From a candidate division WOR-1 bacterium RIFCSPLOWO2_02_FULL_46_20 (GTDB lineage Bacteria > Margulisbacteria > WOR-1 > O2-12-FULL-45-9): a stretch of 57,223 nucleotides of DNA. The number at the start of each line of letters is the position of its first letter. Positions within the stretch are counted from its first letter, which is position 1. A program made the translations under genes and the position numbers. The stretch covers positions 1 to 57,223 of the forward strand of contig METP01000048.1 in the NCBI GenBank assembly GCA_001771365.1, written 5' to 3'. Below are positions 1 through 7,241 of the stretch, piece by piece. The notes beneath the pieces are model-generated. The model saw nothing but the letters and a program-made list of their open reading frames with translations. It ran no database searches and had not been told where the DNA came from.

Positions 1-2
1 TT

Positions 3-332
3 TTGGGTTATCCCGGGTTTAAAAAACAAGGTTTTAGCATTGGAGTGGCTTTTGATAATAGTGCAAGAAAGATTGGGAAAAAAATTCAAGAAATTAAAGT
101 CTGCAATCTCAAAGGTTTGCCGCTCGAAGTTGCCAGGAAAGAGATAAAGATTGCTTTTATCACTGTGCCTGCCGCGGCGGCGCAAGAGGTGGCCAATCTT
201 TTGGTTGAGGCAGGAATTCGCGCTATTATCAATTTTACCCCGGCTCGAATTTGGGTGCCGCCCAAAGTTATTCTGCGCCACGTTGATCTGACCCGTGAAT
301 TAGAGGTGGCTTCGTATTACCTGGGCAAGTGA
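3..332 (+). CDS. rex: Redox-sensing transcriptional repressor Rex, C-terminal part (5' truncated by window edge)
   Basis: Y.GFKKQGFSI..AFD..., IAFITVP...AQEVANLLVEAGIRAIINFTP, V.LRHVDLT.EL are typical of the Rex NAD(H)-binding domain. Confidence 0.85.
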   Translation: MGYPGFKKQGFSIGVAFDNSARKIGKKIQEIKVCNLKGLPLEVARKEIKIAFITVPAAAAQEVANLLVEAGIRAIINFTPARIWVPPKVILRHVDLTRELEVASYYLGK

Positions 333-418
333 AATTTTTCCGCTAGATTGTTGTGAAGAACCTCTATTTTGGCCAAATGTGATGTTACTACTTTGGTGCT
401 ACATATCTAAAAAAGCAG

Positions 419-448
419 TTGACAGAACGAAAGGGGATATGTTAGTAT
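419..448 (+). promoter_or_regulatory. sigma70-type promoter for the 619-2738 operon
   Basis: TTGACA 419-424, 18-nt spacer, extended -10 TGtTAGTAT 440-448. Confidence 0.6.
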
Positions 449-452
449 TTAA

Positions 453-481
453 TTATTGATAATGAGTATCAATATCAATAA
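453..481. promoter_or_regulatory. Fur box (iron-responsive operator)
   Basis: GATAATGAGTATCAATATC (458-476) matches 16/19 of GATAATGATAATCATTATC. It lies within the inverted repeat TTATTGAT...ATCAATAA just downstream of the -10, and the operon ends in feoB. Confidence 0.8.
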
Positions 482-618
482 GTAGATTGGGGTGGGTTGT
501 TTGAATAAATAAATAAAAGCAACCTCGATTTAGTGAAATTAAACATAAAAAGGGGGTGCGGCTAAATTTGCGGCCGTTGTTTTAGGCTGAAACTAAAAAT
601 ATTAAGGAGGGCAAAGTA

Positions 619-1344
619 ATGTTTAGAGAGATTTTGTTCAAAGTCTTCTGTTTTTCGGCGATCTTATCAGTTTTGACCTCGGCTTCTTTTGCCGATCGGC
701 GCTCTTATGTCTGGACATATGAATATGTCACGATGCCCCGCGGGATGGTGGAGGTCGAATATTACAATACGCTTGAATATCCCGACACGACCAACCCCAA
801 GGTCAATACCTGGAAGCACTGGGTGGAGCTCGAGTACGGCCTGACTGACAATTGGGATGTTAGCATGTACCAGACCTTCAAGCAGACCAATACCGCGGCG
901 GCCAACACGCTGTCGTATGACGGATTCAAACTGCGGACTCGTTACCGGCTGGGTGAAAGAGGGTCTAATCCGGTCGACATGCTATTGTATGCTGAATTGA
1001 TCGAGCCAAATGATCTAAGCAAAGCCGGCGTCTTCGAAGGTAAAGTCATCCTGGCCAAAGATATCCGGATGCTGAATTTCTCCTACAATTATATTATTAA
1101 GCGGGAGTTGACCGAGGCGGCCAAGACTGAGAACGAGTTCGCGGCCGGCGCCAGCGTCGAATTACGGCCGACTTTCAAAATCGGCCTGGAGGCCAAGGGC
1201 AATTATAGTACCGGCAAGCATTACGTCGGGCCGACGATTTCCTGGGCGCAGGAAAAATTCTGGCTGAATTTTGGCGCCGTAAGAGGCTTGGGCAATGGGG
1301 CAAATGATCTGCAAACGCGCCTGCTTATTGGTATTAATATTTAG
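619..1344 (+). CDS. Secreted outer-membrane beta-barrel protein, function unknown
   Basis: SD AAGGAGG, signal peptide ending SFA, alternating aromatic/hydrophobic beta-strand pattern, C-terminal strand RLLIGINI. Confidence 0.6.
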   Translation: MFREILFKVFCFSAILSVLTSASFADRRSYVWTYEYVTMPRGMVEVEYYNTLEYPDTTNPKVNTWKHWVELEYGLTDNWDVSMYQTFKQTNTAAANTLSYDGFKLRTRYRLGERGSNPVDMLLYAELIEPNDLSKAGVFEGKVILAKDIRMLNFSYNYIIKRELTEAAKTENEFAAGASVELRPTFKIGLEAKGNYSTGKHYVGPTISWAQEKFWLNFGAVRGLGNGANDLQTRLLIGINI

Positions 1345-1576
1345 TTCAGCTTTGCTGATCTCGGGCTGTGTTCCGGATGAGGAGCAGTCGGCGGCTTATA
1401 AGCTGTACAGCGCGAAGTGCAGTTCCTGCCACCGGCTGCTCCCGCCGGAGGATTATCCGCTGGAGAAGTTCGGTGAATATATCGAAAAATACGGCAAAGA
1501 GTTGACCCCGGAGGAGAAGACCCGGCTGCTTGATGGGTTGAGAGCCTATAAAAAGTTAAAGGAAGAACAAAAATGA
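1304..1576 (+). CDS. Small monoheme c-type cytochrome lipoprotein
   Basis: Lipobox ISGC and a single CSSCH heme-binding motif; start chosen at ATG 1304 (ORF track gives 1295). Confidence 0.7.
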   Translation: MICKRACLLVLIFSSALLISGCVPDEEQSAAYKLYSAKCSSCHRLLPPEDYPLEKFGEYIEKYGKELTPEEKTRLLDGLRAYKKLKEEQK

Positions 1577-2319
1577 AGCAATATGTGTCAACGATCATAA
1601 TGCTCTCTATGATCATCGCCCCGGCTCTGGCCTACCGGCCCTTCGGCACCGAAGACGCAGGTGTCGCCGGCAAAGGGGTGATCCAGTTTGAGGGAAGCTG
1701 GGATTATTTGCGCTGGAATGATGGCATGATCGAGAAGAATTATCTGTTCGTGCCGATCTACGGCGTGACCGATCAGCTGGAGCTGTCGGCGGAAATCCCG
1801 TACATGTATCATTATAACATTGGCGGTACATCCCCCAGTGGGGTCGGGGACATCAACCTGGTGGCCAAATATCTGCTGGTGGAGGAGGGGGTCAAAACTC
1901 CCGCTTTTGCACTGAAAGGGGTGGGCAAACTCGATAACGGTGATTTCAGCGCGGGACTTGGCAGCGGCGATAAGGATTGGAGCATTTTCGCGGTCGCGTC
2001 AAAAACTTTTGGGCGGGCGGTCCTGCATTCGCACGTCGGGTACACCTGGGTCGGCAAAAGCAAAGATGCGAATTTGCGCGACATTCCGCTCTTCGCGCTG
2101 GGCCTTGATTACGGCCTGACAGAACCGCTCCATCTGATCGCCGAAATTAACGGCAACCGCCATCCGGACAGCACGCAAACCGAATATCCCAGAAGCGCTC
2201 TTTTGGGGTTCACTTATAAAATATCAGAAAAGCTCATTTTTGACCTGGCCGGCAAGTGGGGGCTTTCAAACGCCAGCCCGGCCTGGGACGCGGCTTTCGG
2301 TTTTTCCGCGACGCTGTGA
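1573..2319 (+). CDS. Outer-membrane channel ('transporter', MetA-pathway/phenol-degradation-like beta-barrel)
   Basis: Signal peptide ALA, RPFGTEDAG N-terminal motif, SGVGDINL..KY, C-terminal FGFSATL strand. Confidence 0.7.
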   Translation: MKQYVSTIIMLSMIIAPALAYRPFGTEDAGVAGKGVIQFEGSWDYLRWNDGMIEKNYLFVPIYGVTDQLELSAEIPYMYHYNIGGTSPSGVGDINLVAKYLLVEEGVKTPAFALKGVGKLDNGDFSAGLGSGDKDWSIFAVASKTFGRAVLHSHVGYTWVGKSKDANLRDIPLFALGLDYGLTEPLHLIAEINGNRHPDSTQTEYPRSALLGFTYKISEKLIFDLAGKWGLSNASPAWDAAFGFSATL

Positions 2320-2342
2320 TATCATAATAAGGAGAATATTTA

Positions 2343-2738
2343 ATGCAAGAGTGCCACGGCAAAGTTAAGATAGATTTTTCGGGACTGAAGAAGATCTCCC
2401 TGGTCGGCAATCCCAACGTTGGCAAGAGCGTGATCTTCTCTCATCTAACAGACATTTACGTCACCGTTTCCAATTACCCAGGAACGACTGTTGAGGTTTC
2501 GCGGGGCGCCGGCACGATCGACCGCCAGAAGTTCGAAATCATCGACACGCCGGGCATGAACAATCTAATCCCGTCGTCCGAGGACGAAAAGGTGACAGTC
2601 GCGTACATTTTAACCCATAACCATCCGCGGCTGCGCAAGCTGATGTCGTTCGGCATCGCGCCGGGAGTAAAAATCCGCCAAACTGGCCGCATATCCCGGC
2701 GTGTCCCGGCCGCAAATTCCTGCTTGACAAAAGTTTAA
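2343..2738 (+). pseudogene. feoB: Truncated FeoB G-domain fused to a FeoA-like fragment (deletion remnant)
   Basis: GNPNVGKS (G1), VSNYPGTTVE (G2) and DTPG (G3), then an abrupt switch at SEDEKVT to VAYILTHNHPRLRKLMSFGIAPGVKIR (FeoA/SH3-like). No G4 motif and no membrane domain. Confidence 0.75.
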
Positions 2739-2769
2739 CATACTTTATAATATGACTAAATTAGTCGTA
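2724..2769 (+). promoter_or_regulatory. Consensus promoter plus palindromic Rrf2/IscR-type operator for the oxidase operon
   Basis: TTGACA 2724-2729, N16, TATAAT 2746-2751; palindrome TATGACTAAATTAGTCGTA 2751-2769. Confidence 0.7.
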
Positions 2770-2790
2770 AATAGCAGTGAAGGGGGAATT

Positions 2791-3348
2791 ATGAATGTTT
2801 TGTCGCTGGCCCTGTATCTTAGGATTTTTTACGCCGCGCTAGTTTTGATCGTTGTCTCCCTGATGGTTTTTTATGTCAGGGGCCTGACCACAAAAGGCGA
2901 AACATCGGGACGGCTCAAAGCCGTATTTTACGGTTGGCTCGGTTTTCTTGTCGCCGTCGCCATTCTTTTTCATCTTCTAACCGCCTGGCAGATACCCTGG
3001 GTGCGCTGGGAGATCAAACGGGCTGAAATCGTCCCCAACCGGGAATTCGCGCTCAACGCCAAACAACACCGGTTTACTTTGCCGGCCGGCGGCTTGAAAG
3101 TTCGTCAGGGTGAGGTGGTCAAATTTAAGGTCACTTCCTCTGACCTGACCTATGGCTTTGGCGTTTTTCATGAGAGCGGGGCGATGGAATTCCAGATGCA
3201 GGTCCTGCCCGGGCATTCTAACGAGATCATCTGGATTTTTAAGGATCCCGGTAAATATTCAATTCGCTCGACCGAATATGCCGGACCGGAAACCGAGCAA
3301 ATGTACCTGAAAGATTCCATAACCGTTCTGTCGGGGGAGGAAAAATAA
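2791..3348 (+). CDS. Heme-copper oxidase superfamily subunit II-like protein lacking CuA ligands
   Basis: Two TM helices plus a cupredoxin domain. SDLTYGF and STEYAGPETEQM occupy the DVxHGF and CxExCGxxHxxM positions. SD AGGGGG precedes ATG 2791. Confidence 0.8.
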   Translation: MNVLSLALYLRIFYAALVLIVVSLMVFYVRGLTTKGETSGRLKAVFYGWLGFLVAVAILFHLLTAWQIPWVRWEIKRAEIVPNREFALNAKQHRFTLPAGGLKVRQGEVVKFKVTSSDLTYGFGVFHESGAMEFQMQVLPGHSNEIIWIFKDPGKYSIRSTEYAGPETEQMYLKDSITVLSGEEK

Positions 3349-4932
3349 ATGATTTCACTTAAAGAATTAAATCCTTTGCAGAAAGTCACCCTCCGTTTTG
3401 TGGTTATCGCGCTGTTATTCTACGGCCTGACTGTGATCGAAGGGATGATGATGCGCGCCGTTCAGGTCAATATTCCCTTGCTGGAAGCTGAACATTTTTT
3501 TGCGGTCCTAAACGCCCATCCCATTGTGGGGATCTTTGGCTACAGCTTCATGCTGGTCATGGGGGCGTTTTACTTTCTGGTGCCGACGTTCACGAAAAAA
3601 GAGCTCTACAGCGTCTTCCTGGCCGAGCTCAACTGGCTGGTCATGGCAGCCGGGACGGGCATCGTTTGGCTAAGCAGTTTTATTTTCCACTACAGCGCCC
3701 TTTACACTAATTACTGGCCCCTGCCGGTCATTGGCTCGACCGGCGTAAGCCTCGGGCTTTACGCTCTCGGCATCCTTTTGATCATGATTGGTATCCTCAT
3801 CTTTTGTTTCAATCTTTTCGCGACCGTCTTTCATCGCGAGCCGGGTGACAAGCCGCTTTCGACCCTTATCATTTCCGCTTTCGGTCTGGACGGCTTCGTT
3901 AATATATTCAACCGTTTCCGTGGCCGGCCGGATAAAGTTGTTGAGCCGGATGTGCCGCTGCCGATCGTGGCCATCTTTCGCGGGACGATCGATACCGTGC
4001 TCGACGCTCTGGTCCTGGGCTCGGTCGCGATCGTTTTCCTGGTCTACGCCTTTTTTAAGCTGAAGGGCGCTACTCTCCCCACAACCTGGCTTGATCCGCT
4101 CATTTATAAGAATCTTTACTGGTGGGGGCTCGATCTGATCGCCGATGGCCTTGTTTTGATTTATGTGGCTGGCACCTGGTATCTCCTGGCCATGATCATC
4201 ACCGGCCGGCAGATCTTTATGCAGAATTTCGCGCGGGCGGCGCTTTTTGTCGAGCTGGTCGTTTCCTGGTTCGTCTGGAGCCATCATCTCCTCTCCGACC
4301 AGACCCAGCCGGTCATGATGAGGATCTTTTCCGGCGAAATGATCACCGCTTTTGAACTGGTTACCTCCGGCATCGCCGTTTTCCTGACGCTGGCTACCCT
4401 CTGGCAGGCGCGGCCGCTCAAAATGACCATGCCGTTAAAATTTTTATTGGGCGGCATCGTTGGCTTTGGCCTGGGCGTGCCGGCCGGCATTCTGCAGGCT
4501 GATCTTGGCATGAATCGTATTCTTCACAATACCCAGTGGGTGATAGGGGCGCACGCGCACATGCAGATTTTGGTCGGGCTCTCCTGCACTCTTTTTGCCG
4601 CGCTGTACGCGATCTTCCCGATGGTGACGAAGAGAGAAGTGAAGAGCGAATTCTTGTCGAATGTCCATTTCTGGTGCCAGATGGTCGGCGGCATCGGCAT
4701 GTCGGTCGCCATGGGGTTTGCCGGCTTGAATGGAATGCTCCGGCGGACGCTTTATATGGGTGACCCGACTTATCTCCAAGAGATGTACTTCGCGGCTTTC
4801 TTCGGGACTATTTTAGCCATAGGATACTTGGTGATGATGTACAATTTGATTTCCACTATCGGGATCCCATCATTGATATCTTTGTTCATCAGGCTGCCGT
4901 GGTCAAAAACGCAAAGTAATATCGCCTCGTAA
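3349..4932 (+). CDS. Heme-copper oxidase superfamily subunit I, atypical active site (probable NO reductase, gNOR-like)
   Basis: About 12 TM helices; NAHP, WSHH, AHAH and GMLRR conserved; helix VI reads YWWGLDLIAD instead of xWxxGHPxVY. Confidence 0.8.
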   Translation: MISLKELNPLQKVTLRFVVIALLFYGLTVIEGMMMRAVQVNIPLLEAEHFFAVLNAHPIVGIFGYSFMLVMGAFYFLVPTFTKKELYSVFLAELNWLVMAAGTGIVWLSSFIFHYSALYTNYWPLPVIGSTGVSLGLYALGILLIMIGILIFCFNLFATVFHREPGDKPLSTLIISAFGLDGFVNIFNRFRGRPDKVVEPDVPLPIVAIFRGTIDTVLDALVLGSVAIVFLVYAFFKLKGATLPTTWLDPLIYKNLYWWGLDLIADGLVLIYVAGTWYLLAMIITGRQIFMQNFARAALFVELVVSWFVWSHHLLSDQTQPVMMRIFSGEMITAFELVTSGIAVFLTLATLWQARPLKMTMPLKFLLGGIVGFGLGVPAGILQADLGMNRILHNTQWVIGAHAHMQILVGLSCTLFAALYAIFPMVTKREVKSEFLSNVHFWCQMVGGIGMSVAMGFAGLNGMLRRTLYMGDPTYLQEMYFAAFFGTILAIGYLVMMYNLISTIGIPSLISLFIRLPWSKTQSNIAS

Positions 4933-4939
4933 AACCCTC

Positions 4940-4982
4940 TTGACAAAATTACTTAATCTGGTATAATAAATACCAGATTAAG
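4940..4982 (+). promoter_or_regulatory. Consensus promoter overlapped by a perfect 13-5-13 inverted repeat (probable Rrf2 auto-operator)
   Basis: TTGACA 4940-4945, TATAAT 4962-4967; CTTAATCTGGTAT-aataa-ATACCAGATTAAG 4952-4982. Confidence 0.7.
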
Positions 4983-4985
4983 CTT

Positions 4986-5384
4986 ATGAAACTAACCCTA
5001 GCGGCGGAAAACTCAATTATGATCCTCTACTTCCTGACCAGGGAAGGAAAGAGATTGACGGTGGCCGAGCTGTCGCAAAAACTCGGCACCCCGGCCAACC
5101 ACATATACAAGCTGGTTCAGTCCCTGGTGCGCGGGGGATACGTGCGATCCTTTCAGGGAAAAGTAGGCGGGGTGGAGCTTGCCGCTAATCCCCATAAAGT
5201 TACGCTCAGCGAGATAATCGAACATTTGGAAGGCCCGATCAATCTCTCAAACTGCATTTTCCGCGAGAAAAATTGCATCTTTATCAAGAATTGCGTTTTG
5301 AAAGGCAAGCTGGCTGCAGCGGCGCAAAAATTGGTTGCGGTGCTGCGGCGGACCACAGTGCAGGATCTGGTTAACGAAAAATGA
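4986..5384 (+). CDS. Rrf2-family transcriptional regulator with three Cys (Fe-S sensing, NsrR/IscR-like)
   Basis: wHTH with S.QGKVGG, plus C-terminal CIFREKNCIFIKNC. Confidence 0.85.
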   Translation: MKLTLAAENSIMILYFLTREGKRLTVAELSQKLGTPANHIYKLVQSLVRGGYVRSFQGKVGGVELAANPHKVTLSEIIEHLEGPINLSNCIFREKNCIFIKNCVLKGKLAAAAQKLVAVLRRTTVQDLVNEK

Positions 5385-5402
5385 GATTTAAAAAACAAAG
5401 GG

Positions 5403-5654
5403 GTGAAGCAAATGGTAGAAGAAGATATTAAAAGCAGAATTATTCAATCTCTTGAGGGGATAAGGCCGGCTTTACAGTTTGATGGCGGTGACGTAGAATT
5501 GGTGGTGGTGGATGAGGTGGAAAAATCCGTCACAGTTCGGTTGCGGGGGGCCTGTGCGTGTTGTCCGGGCGCCCAGGCCACTTTGGAATACGGAGTAGCC
5601 AGGGCGATCAGGCAAGCGGTCCCGGAGATCAAAGAAGTAAAAGCGGTTATTTAA
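5403..5654 (+). CDS. Nfu/NifU C-terminal-domain Fe-S carrier
   Basis: IRPALQFDGGDVELV...LRGACACCPGAQATLEYGV. Confidence 0.9.
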   Translation: MKQMVEEDIKSRIIQSLEGIRPALQFDGGDVELVVVDEVEKSVTVRLRGACACCPGAQATLEYGVARAIRQAVPEIKEVKAVI

Positions 5655-5684
5655 AATAGAATAATATATAAGAGGAGATTTATT

Positions 5685-6230
5685 ATGTTGCCGACAGAAA
5701 AATTGGAACAGGAACACGATGTTATTTTGAAGATGCTCAAAGTCATCCAGGCCGTATCCGGGAAAATTGAAGAAATCGATCAAAAAACCTTGAAGGATAT
5801 TATTGATTTCATCCGTACCTTTGCGGATCACTGTCACCATGCCAAAGAGGAAAAAATTCTATATGTTGAAGCGGAGAAACATGGTATCCCTAATGAGGGA
5901 GGGCCGATCGGAATGATGCTGGTCGAACATGATCAGGGGAGGGGTTATGTAAAAATGATGGATGAGGCTTTGCAGAAGGTTGGGAAAGGAGACAAAAAAG
6001 CGGCAAAACAATATAAAGAAAACGCCCTTCAATTCGTCGATCTGCTTGAACAGCACATCGGTAAGGAAAATCAGATTCTTTATCCAATGATTAATATGCA
6101 TCTCCCGGAAAAGCTGCAAAAGGTTATTTCTGATAGGTTTGAAAAGATGGAGAAAGAAGAAGTGGGGGAGGGAGTGCATCATAAGTATCACGCTTTGGTC
6201 GAGGAGATGGAGGTTAAGTTTTTGAAATAG
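5685..6230 (+). CDS. Hemerythrin-like (HHE) di-iron protein
   Basis: EH...HHAKEE...EH...HIGKENQILYP ligand pattern. Confidence 0.85.
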   Translation: MLPTEKLEQEHDVILKMLKVIQAVSGKIEEIDQKTLKDIIDFIRTFADHCHHAKEEKILYVEAEKHGIPNEGGPIGMMLVEHDQGRGYVKMMDEALQKVGKGDKKAAKQYKENALQFVDLLEQHIGKENQILYPMINMHLPEKLQKVISDRFEKMEKEEVGEGVHHKYHALVEEMEVKFLK

Positions 6231-6274
6231 GAGGAGAGAGAAGTCAACCCAAAAACTCTGAACGACATCACGCC

Positions 6275-6302
6275 TTGACATAAACCTTACAAAGTTTATA
6301 AT
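6275..6302 (+). promoter_or_regulatory. Consensus sigma70 promoter
   Basis: TTGACA 6275-6280, N16, TATAAT 6297-6302. Confidence 0.65.
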
Positions 6303-6365
6303 ATTTATTGGAGTCGGGAATAAAAAAAAGAAATAAGGGGGAAACAAAGGAATAATTTGTTTTTT

Positions 6366-6782
6366 ATGCAGCCAAAAGGGGAGAGTAAAATAACTAAGCC
6401 AAAAATACTAATAATAGATGATGATGATGATTTAGTTGCGGCTATGAAGATGGTTTTGGAACATAATTCATACCAGGTTGTGTCGGCCTCTTCCGGGACC
6501 GAAGGGCTAATAAAAGCCAAGAACGGAAACCCTGATTTGGTTATTTTGGATGTAATGATGGAAACAAGTGACAGTGGTTTTGAAGTGGCGCGCAAGATAA
6601 GGGGAGAAGCGGGCATAGCAAAGGTGCCGATCTTAATGGTGACGGCGATCAAGGAAAAAACCGGTTTTGATTTTAGTAAAGAGGCGGGAGACAAGGCTTG
6701 GCTGCCGGTTGATAATTATTTGGAAAAGCCTATTCGTCCAGATGAGCTCGTGTCTAAGGTTGCCAAATTATTGAATAAATGA
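6366..6782 (+). CDS. Single-domain response regulator (receiver); start uncertain
   Basis: ILIIDDD, PDLVILDVMM, MVTA and YLEKP motifs. Confidence 0.85.
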   Translation: MQPKGESKITKPKILIIDDDDDLVAAMKMVLEHNSYQVVSASSGTEGLIKAKNGNPDLVILDVMMETSDSGFEVARKIRGEAGIAKVPILMVTAIKEKTGFDFSKEAGDKAWLPVDNYLEKPIRPDELVSKVAKLLNK

Positions 6783-6807
6783 GTAGGGATATGCTATGAT
6801 AAGTTTA

Positions 6808-7128
6808 GTGAAAAAGTTATTAGCAATATTAATAATATCCTTAACAGTATTTAGCTGCAATGCAGCGTTGGCTAATTGTTGCGGTACAGCTTCTTCCTGT
6901 TGTGAGGGCAATCAGGCTTCCTGTCAGATTTCTCTGCCCGAAACGGCGGCAAGTTCCTTTAATCTAGAAGTTAAGCCTACGGTCTCAATTGCCTTTTTGC
7001 CTGCGATTAATGAACAACTTGAATTGGTCGATAATCTTAGAAAAACTGTCAGATTTTGTGATCTTCCGCCTCCGTTCCATCTTTTTGTTAACTTAACTAG
7101 TCAAATCCACGCTCCACCCGTTGCGTAA
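6808..7128 (+). CDS. Secreted Cys-rich uORF with C-terminal HAPP motif (DUF2946/CruR/CutF-like putative arrest leader)
   Basis: Signal peptide KKLLAILII...ALA; CC..CC..C and another C; PPP; ends QIHAPPVA. Lies directly upstream of cusCBA. GTG 6808 is 7 nt after the -10 TGcTATGAT (ORF track start 6796). Confidence 0.6.
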   Translation: MKKLLAILIISLTVFSCNAALANCCGTASSCCEGNQASCQISLPETAASSFNLEVKPTVSIAFLPAINEQLELVDNLRKTVRFCDLPPPFHLFVNLTSQIHAPPVA

Positions 7129-7241
7129 TCTTCCTGTTTCTACTTCATAAAGATTGGTTGAAAACTTGCGTGCGTAGTGTTATTCTTTCAGAAGGCAATA
7201 AAAAGGAAATCAAAGAATTAATTAATTTTTGGAGAATATAA

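Noticed and set aside
351-548. Possible Rex boxes downstream of rex (TTGTGAA at ~352; TAGTGAAATTAAACATAA at 531-548)
   Set aside because: Only a half-site and a 10/14 match to TTGTGAA-N4-TTCACAA in AT-rich DNA
2791-4932. Calling this a normal cytochrome c oxidase (coxB/coxA)
   Set aside because: The CuA ligands and the His-Tyr crosslink residues are absent
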